Source of the DNA: Camelus ferus
Taxonomy: Eukaryota
Length of the DNA stretch: 64,000 bases
NCBI RefSeq assembly: GCF_009834535.1
Contig: NC_045707.1
Location: forward strand, 58,530,001 to 58,594,000
Reading direction: 5' to 3'
The notes under the pieces are model-generated. The model was not told where the DNA came from. It made no database searches and worked only from the letters and a program-made list of their open reading frames with translations. A program made the translations under genes and the position numbers. Positions 20,271 to 34,493 of this stretch are shown piece by piece. Positions within the stretch are counted from its first letter, which is position 1, and each line of letters begins with the position of its first letter.

Positions 20271-23269
20271 CCAGCAATTCCTATTAAAATCTCACAACTT
20301 GAAAATGCTTAAAACTTGGCTGAAAAAGCAACTTCTGAAAGTTACATAGATAAAAGATGAAACACAAGCAGTTTTCTGTATGTATTATACAGCTCCCAAT
20401 ATACTCAGTGTGTTCTGCCTTAACAATATATCAGAATGTCAGGGTAACATTCGAAAATAAAGACTGCTGTCAAAAAAACTGAAAGCCAAAGCATTTTGGT
20501 AGTGATCAAGCTATTCACGGGTAAATAATAGAATGAATAAATCAAACTTTGGGGGAGAATAAATAATAGTCCTTCAAAAATCACACTGGCTGACTGTTTT
20601 TCAAACAATGCAGGCAGGATTAGAATAATGCTAAATTTGTACTAATGAAAATAAACATGTCCTACTTTGCATTTTAACAATTGGTCAGCCCAGCTAACAT
20701 GACCTGAGGTACACATTTTAATATAGTAGTAAAGATCTTAGTGGCAAGATTTTACTCTTTCTACTGGCAAAATGGTAAGTTTCACTTGTTCCCGCTTCCC
20801 AGTCATACAGTACTTAGGCATTAAAACTCGCCAGGTATTTTAAGTGACGGAAAAGTTACCTTGAATTCAGCATTTACTATTCAGTAATTACTTACATACA
20901 CACTTGAATTAGAATGATCAATTTTTATGAAGACCCAGCTTGGATCTTATACCATTTGTTTCCACTGAATGATTTATGAAACAGTTGGGTTTATTATTTC
21001 ATTTACATAATGTTATCCTCATTCGTAGATGGCAGATCTAAAGTACCCCAAATGATCTGACTGTCCTAAGATTCTGGAATGGAACCATGACCCAATCTCA
21101 AAGTCAGTGTTTTGAACCATCCAGCTCTTTTTGCTAATCCAATCTCTGATAATTTCTGTGTCAAATTAGCAATGATGATAGGGTTTAAATTTAACTAGGA
21201 TCACAATCTCTGGGCTATTACTATTTAAATCATTCCAGCGTCACACTCATTTATAGAAAATGTCTGTCTTTGCTCATAATTTTTAAGAAAGCAACGTTAG
21301 GAGCCTGCAGTTTTCTTTTGGTTTTGAGTAGAACTGAAACAGTAGCTGAAATTTATATTTTAATTTGATTTAGTAAGATAGTAAATAGCTAGAGGATTTT
21401 CTTTATGGATTAAAAGCTATGAAACTTAATGGAAGCTATAGCTATGCTTTTTTGTTTGTTTTTCTTCAGTATTTTGCTTATATGTAACCATCAAAATCAA
21501 GAACCTGATCACTCTGCAAATATTGTAATGTTGACACATATCCTTATTGGATCCCTAAATCCAGATATTGGCTAGAAAAGAACAGAATTATCTTGCTAGA
21601 CCAGCATCCTCTTAAGATTCTTTGAAAAAGGATGGTAGATCCATTACTTCACGTACTTAGGCAGATGCCTTTCAAGCAACATAAAATTTTATATTTGAAG
21701 TTCATCTTAATGATTTTAAGTAAAATAATTTAAAAAATGGAGAATTGAGTCAACTAATGTGGGTAAGTCTTTCAGACTAAAGGTCAAACTGTTATCTGAA
21801 AAAGATGTTGACTTTAAATTAAATATTGATGGACAGAAAGGAAGAAAATAGCAGTGCACTCAGCATAAAACCAATCATCAGAGGAGGGATCTTGAGAAGA
21901 GAGAGAAATGAATAGAGAGCGCTATCTGCTCTCGAAAAAGCATCCCACTAACCTCAGAAGCACAGCTCACTGCCTTAAAAGTGGCAACCAATGGCACTAA
22001 ATCATCTCTTTAATCAGTGCTCTTTGAAGTCCTATTGTGCATTTGAGACAAACAGAACAAAACTAGGAATGTGTTCCGTGGAGGGCGCTGTGGGTGACCT
22101 ATGTTTACGCTAACCTGGGTCAGCTCCCTCCACGAACCCAGTGTTCTAAACACCACTCCTGGTCCTTGAAGCTCGTGGTGCTGCCTTGCGCCTTGGCTTT
22201 CTCCTTTCCATTCATTCTGCGTCTGTGGGCTGTTTTCTGCCTATGTAATAATGTCAGGGTTTCGAGAGAGGGGAGGCTACAGCACAGAGTTTGGGGAAGC
22301 TATTTTGGGGCGATGCTGTCGTTTGGTACTTTTTCTGATTATCCCTGAGTAGCCACGTAACTGGTGAGACAGGGAAGGGAGGCTGTAAGTGGTATGAGAG
22401 TTACAGTACTTCTCCAGGAAAAGAGGAATTGAAAAGCCATTTCAGCCTCCACAGTGCTCAGCAGGTGGTGGAGAAAGCATCTGACTTTGTGCTCCTACCT
22501 TGTGAGAAGGGTGTCAGTTGCTTTATTTAAGGGCTGTACAGGTGGGGATCTTGGGTGCAATCTCAAAAATACAAATGCGAAAATGGTTAAGATGAGCTTA
22601 AGGAAGTAGATTCTTCTGTAAAGTTCCAGTCGTCTGTGTAATTGGACACGGAGCAGGATTATATAATATTCAGTGCAGAAAACTGATCTTGGCTCTAGTC
22701 CTCACCCCAGCACCCCTCCCATCAAAACCAAAGATTTGACAACCGCAGATACTAACACCTACGACTGGAAAAATGTCAGAGAAGAGTCATGAGGTGGGAC
22801 TTAGATAGGAGACGTGTCTGTTTCTTCAGAAAGATGGGACAAATGCTGTTCATTTTGAGTGGTTTTGTAATCTTCTAGGCAAAAATCCAACTATGGTATA
22901 AAACAAAATATGCTCCTTGGGGGGAAAACAAGGCAAAGTGTAAGGAGAAAAAGTCTTGTTAACATAACTGATCAGAATCATAATTAACAGTCAGTGGTGG
23001 AAAATAAGTTTCTGAAATGGCTGAATCATAATGATGCAGTATTTTGTTGTCAAAAAGCAGCACCCAAGAGTCTGACCTTTGTAGGTGGGAAAAGAGCTGG
23101 AGTACTTGTTCTCACAGAGCAGTTATTTTGGCATGATGTCAATATAATTTGATTTTTAGTTAAAATAAATGTTCTTTGTTTGAATTTTAATAAATGTGAG
23201 ATTGAATAGCAGCAAAGTCACAGAAAATCGATTATAATGCTACGTAACTACTTCAACTCATGGCATACT

Positions 23270-23455
23270 GCAAGTGAGCAGAGGTTTGGAATCAAAGAAC
23301 CCTGAGTTCAAAGCACAGTGAGTCTTTTTCTTCTTTGAGCCTTTATCTCTCTACATGAGAAATGGGAATGATTACACCACAGTAGTAACTGGGGGGATTC
23401 CACGAGATGACATACCTAATGCCTGGCACACAGATGAAGTTTAATAAATGTGAAT
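23270..23455 (+). mobile_element. MIR SINE
   Basis: TTTGGAATCAAAGAACCCTGAGTTCAAAG...AAATGGGAATGAT...TGCCTGGCACACAG...AATAAATG. Confidence 0.7.
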
Positions 23456-24214
23456 TCTCTTCTCCATTTTGTATAAAAAGAAATAGAGATCACATTTCTT
23501 CTCTGAAATTGACTGTTTTCTCATTCTAAACGTATTTCTGGGTAACATTTAAAGTGATTAGACCCAAGCAATAAAACTATATGAAACCTGCTGGGTTTCC
23601 TCTAAAGACCTGGCTCCATTCACCTCTCTTAAAAATTAAAGGAAAAGAAAATCTTCCCAGTGTAATTTCTACAGCTTGGAAGAAATATAAATAATTTCGA
23701 GTTAATTCAGTATCAAAGAAAGAAGATATTTAAATCTTAGCCAGTGAGATTTATAAGAAAATTAAAGACCTGTTCTCTGTTTTCCAAGAGGGGGGAGTGA
23801 GATAAAACAGAGTTCAGCAAAAGAGACTGAAAATATTGGGACCTGAGAGGTAGAAATCGCTTAGCGTTAAGAATCGATACATACTGAAAGGATTTTGAAA
23901 CGAGTAGTTCTGGCATAGATCATTAAATCTTGTAGGCAATGGAGGTTAGCAGGCAGTTTTGTTTTTCATGCTTGGCCATCACTTAGACTGTCTCACTGGG
24001 TTCTGAGCAGATGACTGTAAAGTACAGTTCTTGTCTGAGAGACCCGCATGCTAGTGTAAGACTACTGAGCGCTCAAAGGCTTTTGTAACCCCAAAGAACA
24101 ATGACCGGTGGGAGAGGGGATGGAACTGAGGAACTGCTGCCCACAGCCCAGGTCCCAACAGTGAAGTGACCCCTGGGCCATGCCAAGCAGTTCAAAATAC
24201 TTTAGGTGGCGGGT

Positions 24215-24394
24215 GGGGAGGTGGGGAGAGCTCAGTGGTAGAGCATGTGCTTAGCGTGTACAAGGTCCTGGGTTCAATTCCCAGTACCTCCATATCAATG
24301 AATAAATAAATAAAAACCTAATTATCTCCTCCCTCAAAAAAAAAAAAAGTAAAAAAAAAAATCCCGTAAGATAAAAAAAAAATACATATACATG
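24215..24394 (+). mobile_element. tRNA-derived SINE, Vic-1-like, with composite A-rich tail
   Basis: AGCTCAGTGGTAGAG...GGTTCAATTCCCAGTACCTCC...CCTAATTATCTCC plus A-tail; candidate TSD CTTTAGGTG at 24200-24208 and 24395-24403. Confidence 0.9.
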
Positions 24395-26645
24395 CTTTAG
24401 GTGTGCAGAGTGTCTCCAGGTAGAGGGACTCACCAAATGATCCTCAAGATAAGACTCTGTCCTTTGATCTCATAATATGATCAGATATTTTAATAAAATT
24501 ACTCCCTTTTCCCTTTAACAGAATAGCTTGAGACCTAGGTCTTTGGGGAAAAAAAGATATTTCTAGAAAAACAGAATCTTAACATTTTCCCTTAAGAAAA
24601 GAATCCAATATTCACATAGGAGGAATTCTGCATTCCAAGTTTTGAGTATTTGATCATTGATGAGATGTGTGGAGTAGAGAAAATGAGGTTTACGAGCTAC
24701 AAGAAGGCTCTCAGCCACACAAGAAAGTTCAAACCTGGGAAAGGGGAAATCCTTACTGTTAGCATCGTCCAAGGCACAAGGCACAGTGTTAGATCAGAAA
24801 GACGAGATTTCTAGAACCCAGCAGAATTTTATCTTATAGTTCATTTTAACTAGCCCAGAGTTAATGAAGCACAGGGAGTTGCTGCCACTTTCTGGGTATT
24901 AGGGCCAATTTGAAAATACAATTATAGTAATTTTGTTTCCATAAATCTGAATTTCTTGTTAAAGTAGCATGACATCAAAACGAACTTTATGGTACTTGTG
25001 GCTCTCTGAGGAAACACCTGTACGCCAGTCTCTGAAGGCATTTTGGTGTGCCTGTGTAGGAAGTCAGCCATCAGTAAAGATGTCTTCTCAGAATTCTGTA
25101 ATAATATGATGGTCTGTATTCTTAAGGGCTGGAGAACAACAACAAAGTCTCTAATTTTTTTTTCTTTTAAGTTCAGTGAAATAGCCTTTTTCTCTAACTG
25201 CTTATTTACTTCAACCAATCATGACAAGATATTCATTTAGAATACTTGTCGATTTCAAAGCAACTAAGGAAACTGGACTGAAATTGATCAAAATATAGTA
25301 AATCCAACAGGGCAATAGTAGATAAATGAGAAGTTCTACTGAGTTTTATCAAAGCAGTGCTGCATTTGAATTAATCCAATGCCAGGGGAAATAGGAAGAG
25401 TGAAATGAAAACAGAGAAAAATCTTTTTGCAAATTAGACTTAGCAAGTTTGGCTTTCTGGCTAGGAATGCCTATAGAAAAAATAAGTATTTTCAAATCTT
25501 TCTGAGGTGTATTTTCTCCTTGCCTCAGATATCTCTATACAATCAAGTCCCTTTGGAAAATAAAACATGTTTTTTTTTTTTTTAATGTCATAGTTACGAT
25601 AGAAGTGAAAAATTCTCCTTCTTAAGCCTATGGTGTTAGACTATGTCAAATTTAGAATATGCAATAAATAGGAAATTCAACTTAATGCCAGTTAATGTGT
25701 TTGTAATATTTAAAAACTGTGAATGTACTTTCTACCTTGCCTTACATTTAGAGCTCTGAATTACCTTTTCTTGTAGAATTCTGAATTTTAACTCCAGATG
25801 TGCATATAAAAGAAAGTATTTTTCATTAATGGAAAGACTGAAAAATGACTGGGTGAATATAGGGAAGAGGAGGAAGAAAAAGCCCAGGTTCAGATAGGTT
25901 ACATCCTAGTATTTAAACTGAACTGTACAAAACATTTCCTCTGTTTTATGTGAGAGATGCTTCAATTTTCCACAGGTTCTACTCTCCCTTTCTTGATCAC
26001 CACACTTTCAAATCACCTCTCTCATCAATTTCCATCCAAAAGTCTCACAATTCTATTCCTTTAACAAGCCACCTCTCATCTTCCTCTCTGCACGTGTATT
26101 TAGAGTTGCTTTCACAGTATGTGCAATTTTGTGTTCAGCTTTTTTCATTACGAATCTTCACATTTTACTGCATGGACTTCTTTAATTCTTTCAAACATGA
26201 CGATTACAATTTAAGTCAAGTGAAAAGGAATAAAATGTGAAGTTCATTTACCCCACACCAAGCAGAAGAAATAAAAGAGGACAGGTGCTGAGGCCACACA
26301 TGACCACCTCTGATTGCATTTCCTCCTCTCTGCCCAAGAGGTAACCTCGGCATGAAATCAAGTGTTTTTTAATTAAAAAAAATTTTTTTTATTCCTTATA
26401 TGTAAGCATTTCCTTATGCGTTTGCATAAGTGGTTCTTAGGAACTTTGTAGACTTAACTCTTGATTCTTAAGGGAACCCCAGCACCCATTACAGTGAAAT
26501 CTTGGCAATTTGAACTTTCACGTGTTAGAGTCAAAACAGCTACCGCAGAGTAATCAGTGCACCATACATGATGTGTTTGTCCAATTACCCAGCGACAGCC
26601 CACATGCCCAGAAACCCAGGCTCTGTGTGTTCTGTGGAGCTCAGC

Positions 26646-26647
26646 TT

Positions 26648-26712
<65 letters not shown>
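26646..26712 (+). repeat. (CT)n/(CTTT) imperfect microsatellite
   Basis: Directly visible 67-nt pure pyrimidine repeat. Confidence 0.97.
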
Positions 26713-29641
26713 GTCCCCCACGGGACTATCCTGATCGACAAAAGTGAAGCAGTTGAGGTGCCTCCCACCTCCATGCCTTGTCTAGATGGCATTCTCATTT
26801 CATTTGGACTCTCTGAAAGTCAGACAGGACGCGAAGCCAGAAAAACAAAACTAACATAAAACCCTGCCTTCCAGCACTGTCACAAACATTTTGAAACCAA
26901 ATAAATCAATCGGTACTCAGTAATGTTCTTAAATATACAATTCATAGGGCTACGTAAAACAAAGGTGTACTTTAAGCTGATCATCTTCTAAGAATGAGAT
27001 GTCTCGTTTATTTTCATAGCAAAACAAAGTAATCTCCTTTTCCATTAACTGTTTAACTTGCTTCCTCATCTAAGAAGTTGATCTTTTTCTCCTTTTAGTG
27101 GTCTTGCCGTTAGGGAAATAAAATGCTAAGCATTGGAGGAAAGGATTCAGCTGTCTTTGGGAGCCATCTTTAAAACATCTGAGTTAGTTTTCTTCCTACT
27201 CCTTTGACCCACTATGTACACAGCTAGGGATTTTCACTTCCAAGGCTATAACCCAGGCTATCGGAGGGGGGATGAATGCCAACATCTGTTTCCCAAAGTA
27301 TTTGAGGTTAAGAGTGAGATACTTTCCTTTCTTTCTTGGTTCACTTAACAGTAATGTTCCAGTGGGAGGATGACAGATTCCTGGTTTCTGTTTGTTCTGC
27401 ACCCAAAGTGTGACCTCACTGCAAAAACCCCTGGCGAGATGACAGATGTAGTTAGCACTAGCCATGAGGCAAACACATCCTTTATACATGACTGCTAATC
27501 ATCAAAGTCAAGTGTCCAGCTATCACACAAGCTGATCGACATTTTTAGAAGGATAGAGGTTGACTGTTTTCCACATCCCAGTTAATATACCTTTGTCTAC
27601 AAAGTTAAAAGTGAGTGATTGCCTTATTCTAACTTCTCATACGTTGTCTTCAGTTTCAGATAAAATTGAATTGGGATACATGCTGCTAAATGTCTGTTCA
27701 GGTGAAATTTAGCAGAGCAGTCTTTTTTGTTCTAAATCTTCCAGGTCATTTATCTTGACTATGGCCACACAGAGAGACTCTTCTAGCAAATGCTAGAAGC
27801 TTTTTTTGTTTAGTCAAATGGTCTCTGCTGGAAAGGGTACTAAAGTTTATATTAGCAAGCTTTGATTTGAGATTTCTTGAAGTTAATTTAAAGATGACTC
27901 ATGGATATATACAGGGGAAAATTCTGTATCCTTATATTATTTAAGCTTTGTAATATTGCTGCTCAGAGACAAAAATTCAAGTGTAGGATGCATAAGAAAT
28001 GGAGATTAATGCATTTGGGGAGGCAGCATTTTTCTTCTGCATCAGGCAGAGTAATTGGCATTAAGCTTTTGAAAGGATTCCTATTGTTAGTAATCTTTTG
28101 AAAGGATATCTATTATTAACAGTAGTGAGGTCTCTTGGTTAAAAAATGATTTGGGTTTATTAACCGACCTTTTAAAAAGATCTTGGAACTATAGCATGAG
28201 GAAAAAAATACATTTCCATCACTAGACTTGATCAAAATATTTAGTAGAAGCTTTGTAATTCTTACACAAATAACCCAGATATCACAAGTGTTAGCAAGAC
28301 ATTCATGCTTGAGAGGGTAATGGTTTTATAATTTAAATGCCATTCTAAAGCAAGCACAATGGCAAAAAATTAAAAAAAAAAACCTTCCCAGATACAGTAA
28401 AATCAGACTGCATATGGGATTCTGCAGGCCAACAACGTCTGAGATTCCTCTTTGGGCTCCATTTTCAGCACTGAATGGGTTTGCAGTCCAACATTCAGAG
28501 GCAATGAAATACACCTGTGCTATTGAAAACGGGAAATGCAAATATTAGGAAAATGTGTGCTACAAGGTAGGATTTGTTTCAGTTGTTTCTCTTACTGTTC
28601 TGCACGATCATGCTACGGAAAGACATGGGGGTCACCATCTTCCAGCTTTTAAGTGGAACCCATACTTTACACTGTAAATTGTGTGATTTTTTTCAAAGCC
28701 ATAAGGATGGTTACAGAGTAGAGCATCATCCTCTGGTAAGCCTGTCTCTTCCTACATCTCCTGCCTTAGAACAAGGTACACCATTATTCATTTTGTATTC
28801 TAGGCATACATTTTAATTCAAGAACTTCTTAAAGTTAGGATAGTCATAATCTAAATAATCCATGAACCCATTCTCCCTATTCGCATACTTCAGCGTTCAC
28901 CAAATTATTGGGTGTGGCTGAGCAAATCTCTTCAGAAATTCACAATATGCATTGTAATATGCAAGCAGGGAGACTGACCAGTAAACCCCAGTGTCTTCTC
29001 AGAAGGTCTGAGATCCACTTCTGGGACAACTGCATACACTGTAAGTACAGGGGAACCTCATTTTAAAAAGTCCTCTTTCAGTTTTACAGGAAGTCTTGTA
29101 GAAGGCCATTTCTCTTGGGACAGATACTTTCGGTTGCTTAGACAAACAACCACTCTTTTTCCTCACTCTTTGCCAAGCGAATACTGGTTTTGTTGAGGTA
29201 TTATGCAGGGCTTAGTATACTCAAGAATAGTCGGCCCTTCCTCCAGAGCTATGGGATGAGTTATGATTGAGTTAAATCTGTTTTGTAAACCCTTTCTTTC
29301 CATCACTCATTGGCTTAGAGTTGGGCCTAAGAGCTGGTACTGCCAATGCTGTCTAAGGGGAAATCTGCAGATTACTGGGAAAAACATTTTTCCTGGTAAG
29401 AGAGAGAGCACTGAGGGGGAAAGACCCCTTTTTTGCCTTTTCTTCCCACCATCCGCTTCCTGATGGGATTGCTATGCATACGATGTTCAGAGCAGGCATA
29501 GCCATCTTTCAGTTATACAGAGAAGGCCAAGGGGAGCTTAGAGTTACTGCCTCAAACCGTAAACCAACTCTGGAACTGCCTAACCCCAAGACTGTATTTT
29601 ATCTGAGACACTTGACTACTTCATTGTTTAAGTTGCTTGCA

Positions 29642-30020
29642 TCGGTCAGCATCAGTTTGATTATGCACCAATGACAAATAATCCAAAATTTCAGGGACTT
29701 AAAATAACAGTGGCGATTTCCCACTCATGCTGGAGGTCTTCGTGCATCAGCAGGGCTTCTTATTGTAGCCACTCAAGGATCTGGGTTGATGGATTAGGTG
29801 GTCTCCAAAATTGATTGTATTGGTTCCAGAAGGAAGAGTTCTGGACGGTCTCCTACCCGAGTCAAATGTTCTAGCCAAGAAGTGACACGTACTGCTTTCA
29901 CCCACAAGCTAACCCCTGAGAACAGCGCCACCTCCAGGAGGGTGAGGAAGTGCAACTATGCCAGATGCCCCTAAGGAGGGGTGACCAGAAATACTTGTTG
30001 CACAGACTTCATGATCCCTA
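29642..30020 (-). mobile_element. MaLR LTR, old MLT1 (K/L-like)
   Basis: Antisense MLT1 motifs GACAAATAATCCAAAATTTCAGGGACTTAAAATAACA, CACTCAAGGATCTGGGTTGATGGA, AAGTGACAC, GGTGAGGAAGTGCAA, CCAGAAATACTTGTTG. Confidence 0.7.
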
Positions 30021-33018
30021 TTAGGATGAGAATCCTGTTACTTGCAGCAGAAGGTATCCCTCAGTATGATGAGGATGATGATGACTGAAATTACTGGAAT
30101 GTTAACTATTTATCAGCCATTGTGTGACATCTGTTACTACCTTTAATATGTACAACAATCTTATAATGTACTATTATTCTCATTCTCTGAGAAACTGTTT
30201 TAGAGAAGTTAGAACCTTCACGTTGGAGTCATGACGTTAACTTAGGCAGGTTAGCACCAAAATCAACATTCTAAACTATGTCATAAATGTGTAATAATTA
30301 GGCTTTTTAAACACATACCTATTATCTATCATCTAGCATGTTAAGAAAGAAAATAAACAGGTGCCACTGCCAACAGTAACACCGTCATTGGAAAAAATAA
30401 GCATTTCCTAATGAAATTTTATTTTTCCAGTTCCTGTCCAGTTAGCTGGAGTCGGTATATTAGACAACAATTTTTGAATCAATTTTCCCAAAGCACAGGG
30501 GGGCAGTTTTTCTTCCATGACACAGAGGAGCAAAGTAAATTTTATAAATGACGAAGCCTGAGGCTTCAGTGACTAATAGCTTGAGCTCTCCTCCCCTGGC
30601 GTGAGACAAGATTGAACATAACTTCCACCTGGAAAGAAGTACCCATCACCCAGAGCTATTTGTGAATGTTGAAATTCGATGCATAAATAAACCTTATACT
30701 CAGACAATGACTGCAGAGAGCTGTTATCCATGTAAGTCGGGCTGCACCCAATTTACGCTTTCCTGGAAGACTGTCTTTCTCCCAGTGCTCATGGGGTAAA
30801 CGAGGGGGTGTCCAGACTTGGTGAGCCTGGAAGCTCAGCCTGCCTCCAATTTTCGTTTTCCCTCATCTGAGCAAGTTCTACTTGTTTTCAGGGGAAGCTT
30901 CCTCTTCCAAATCCCCTGAACTTGGGTTTTGGCAGTATAACTAAAAATTTGTCCTCTGAAGTTGTTTGGTAGAAGCACACTAATTCCTCTTTTCCATTCT
31001 TAAGATGATTTGAGTGTTCTTGATCCTGTCTTCCCTGCTTTAAGCAAGGGTCTAAGTCTTAGGTCTGGTGAACGAGAACATTTCATTCCCCCGGGGGCAT
31101 GACGGTGGCTCCGTGGGTGGGCACGTGATGCAACTCAGTGAAACAGGGCTTAGACTGGAACTGTGCCGACAGGTGATGGCTCTAGAAAAGGCAGTTACGC
31201 TGGTGTAACTCTACCTGTAGGGCAAGGCTGGGACATACATAGTAAGTGCTCAACGTATGTTTGTTGAATAAATGAAACAGTCACTTATGCTGGGCTTGCT
31301 ACGCTGGCTGTATGTTAGCCTTGACTGCTGGGCAGCAGCCCTGTGGAGAATGCTTGCCTCAGAGGGAAGGAAAAGGGGAAGGAATCCAAGCTAAAGTTTC
31401 AAAAGAGAGAAAAACTGAATTCTGATGACATCATTTGAGCTTTAGGACACAGACAGGTGGAAGTCAGGGTACGTGTGTATTTGTTAGTTCCAGGGAACAA
31501 AAAATTGACTCCTCAGGTATACAGATGAGAGTTGGATTTCACCAAAAGAAGGCTCATGAATTGTGTGGAGGCTCTTCTAGCTCTGAGCTGTTGTAACAGA
31601 AATGACCACAACTGTACTGCCCTAAGACACTGACTGGAATGTTACATTCTTAAATATTTTATTAGAGACTCTCTCCTGCAGCAATAAAAACCACCTCCAG
31701 AGATATGCCACAGGAGATTTACTCTCAAATTTAAAATATTTTAAATGACTTGAGGGAGTTGATCGATCTAAGAGGGCTTCAACTTGAGTCTTCCGGAGAA
31801 GCCCTTAATGGGAGCTGTAGGACTATATTTACATCCTGGGATTTTATTTATCAGTAGAGGGTGTGTGAGAACAGAAGTGAAGAGCTCTGTCACACTGGGA
31901 GGTCACTTATCTTGGGAGGGAGACAGAATCAGACAAAATCAGCGGTGGCCTTTCCGTTCCTGGAAAAACTTGTAGAAGGAGTGTTGTTATAACAAGTTCA
32001 CTCTCGTCTTGAATCCTCCTTTTACCCATTCCGTGGAATCTTTTTGTCATACACTTAAAAATTTTGTCCCCTTTTGGCTACACACTAGCTGTATAATTTT
32101 CGGCAAGTTAGTCTTTCTCAAATGGAAATAATACCTATGTTACAGGATTACATGAGGATTAAATAAGATGATCCAGGTAAAACACTTACTAATTACTAAA
32201 TTAATGGGAACTATTAGACTAAATTCCTCTCAGTAGTATTTCTGGGACTCAAGACTTCTTCATTTTTACAAGCACCATACTTGTCCATGCTTTGGATATT
32301 TCATACCTGAATTGCTGTGATGATTTTTAAGCACAGAGGCAAGAGAGACCTCTCTTCCACATTCTTATTCAAATAATTTTTCTTTTTCCAGTAGGTATGC
32401 TTTCCCTTTTTAAGAATGTCAGGTGCAATGGATGTTCTCCATCAACTGCCGAATCCAGCTTCTCCCTCGGCCTAATCCTTGTTTCTTCATAACATACTTT
32501 TACCGCAATCTAATTTGGCTGAACCTCTCCTCCATTGCCCTCCTCTCACCATTTAATTCTGTCTTTTAATATAAACACATTGCTCTCCATCAGTGGAGAA
32601 TTCACTCTGAGTATTGTCTCAGGAATGTCGTTAGTCTTGCACCAGTTTCTTCATGTGACTAGTGCACCTGCTACCGCGGGGGGCATCCCTGACAGGATTA
32701 AAATGCCCTGTGATGCTAGCTGGGTCAAATGAGCTTGGTTCTGCTTCAGTGAACTTTCAAAATTTGATTTAACCAGTCTGACTACCTTTTGCTATTTTTT
32801 TAAAAAAAAACCAATAAGATCTTTATTGACATTCATTTTCTGAAAACGCAATTCAGAATGTACCTTCTCGAGAGGAATTAATTTCAGCCTCCAAAATGGC
32901 TCTCATTTCTTTGCCACTGTATGCTCCTTCAGTGTAAATTCATAGTTTTTACTATAGTTTCCTGTAGTGCTTTTTAAAAAATATCCCCTGCTCTGGAAAG
33001 TGTTCTCCAGCACTTTGA

Positions 33019-33048
33019 GTGTGTGTGCATGTGTGTGTGTGTGTGTGT
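33019..33048 (+). repeat. (TG)n microsatellite, interrupted
   Basis: GTGTGTGTGCATGTGTGTGTGTGTGTGTGT visible. Confidence 0.95.
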
Positions 33049-34321
33049 CCTGTATGTCTGTGAGCCTTTTGAGTATCTATGTCTTTATGCTATAAGCATC
33101 TATTGTATTCCAGCTCTCCCCCACTGCTATTGCTGTGTGTTCTAGAAGGTCATTTCACACACGATAGGCACTCATTAAATACTGAATGATCAACTGCCAA
33201 TTTGTAAGTGGTTGCAAAACAATCTACCATGTGTAAAGGGAATATATGACTTTTTTTCCCTTTGCTAGTGAGATGCTAATAACCAGAGTGTCCTTAATAA
33301 TGCCTCATAAATTGTTTCTCTCATAGCGAAGAGCTGTGAATCAGTGGGTTTGTGTGTACTGTTTTTCATTATACCCTATATATCTCAGCAGTAGGACGTT
33401 TTGCTGATGCCAAGAACGTTTAAAACACTGTTGTAAAAGCTAACTGTGTGAAAGGCATTTCTACTCGGTAAGTCACATCTCGTAAGTTGCTGGCTTGCAA
33501 CTTTTGATATCTTTCTAACAGTGAATCCAAAGTGCTGGTAAATGGGAGAAATGCGAATGCATTAGTTACATAGCTATGCAAAGACGCCTGGTAGCCCCTG
33601 ACTTGGAAACACCCTCCCCGAAGTCTTAGTATCTTCTCTACAAAAACTGTACCCTGGAAGTTGACAGGTGATAAAATAATCACTAGATTCAATTATCTTC
33701 ACTTTCCCTTACCTATTCTGACACTTGAAATTAGAGACAGATTTAAAAATTTTAAATTAACAAGAAATCCCTCCTCCGTTGAAACTCTTGCTGTTATTCT
33801 TTGACTTCCCAGCAAGTGTGCATCGCTAGTTCTGTCACTTTATGTAACACCCCCAACAAATGAATACTCTGTCACCTTCTACTGGACCCTTATGTTCTAG
33901 CCACTGGACTGGATAAGGATGATGGACAGAAACCGAAGCATCAGTATCAATCTCCTAGGAACTCCCAGTAGCTGAGATCAGAGGCAAACACAAATGACTC
34001 TGATGCAAGAGAGGATTAATAATAATTGCCTCAGAGGCCAAGGTTTAAAAAAAAAAAAAAGAAACTCAGAGAAATAATAGAAGAAAGAATAGAAAAACTG
34101 GAATGGCCTCAGGATGATGGTATCATGACAGAAGTGCAGAATTCACATGTGGAGGGCTGATGAGGGAGTGACCGGCAAAGTGAACCAAAGAAGGGAGGCA
34201 AAAATAAGTACCAGACTGGAAAAGGAACAACACTTTTACACAGATTTCCTTCTTTGAATTTCTCTTCCACTATTTAAGTCAAGTTACTGTTAACTCTTGC
34301 CTAGGACATTTGGATCACCTC

Positions 34322-34493
34322 GTGTGTGTGTGTGTGTGTGTGTGTCCGTGTCCGCACGCACGCAGGGTTGCTAATTAGGTTTGTTTGTTTATTTTTATAT
34401 TCTACTATTTTTTTAAATGGAGGTACTGGGGAGGTACCCAGGACCTTGTGCGTGCTAAGCACACACTCCACCACTGAGCTGCACCTTCCCACC
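34322..34493 (-). mobile_element. tRNA-derived SINE, Vic-1-like, with (CA)n tail
   Basis: Same body as the other copies; exact 11-bp TSD TGGATCACCTC at 34311-34321 and 34494-34504. Confidence 0.9.

Noticed and set aside
24225..24292. tRNA-like sequence (also at 18640, 34420, 45110, 48430)
   Set aside because: These are SINE heads with tails and TSDs, not tRNA genes; no intact cloverleaf evident.
26454..26798. 114-aa ORF with an ER/EK repeat (similarly 16027-16239 and 34301-34508)
   Set aside because: Translation of microsatellite or low-complexity DNA.
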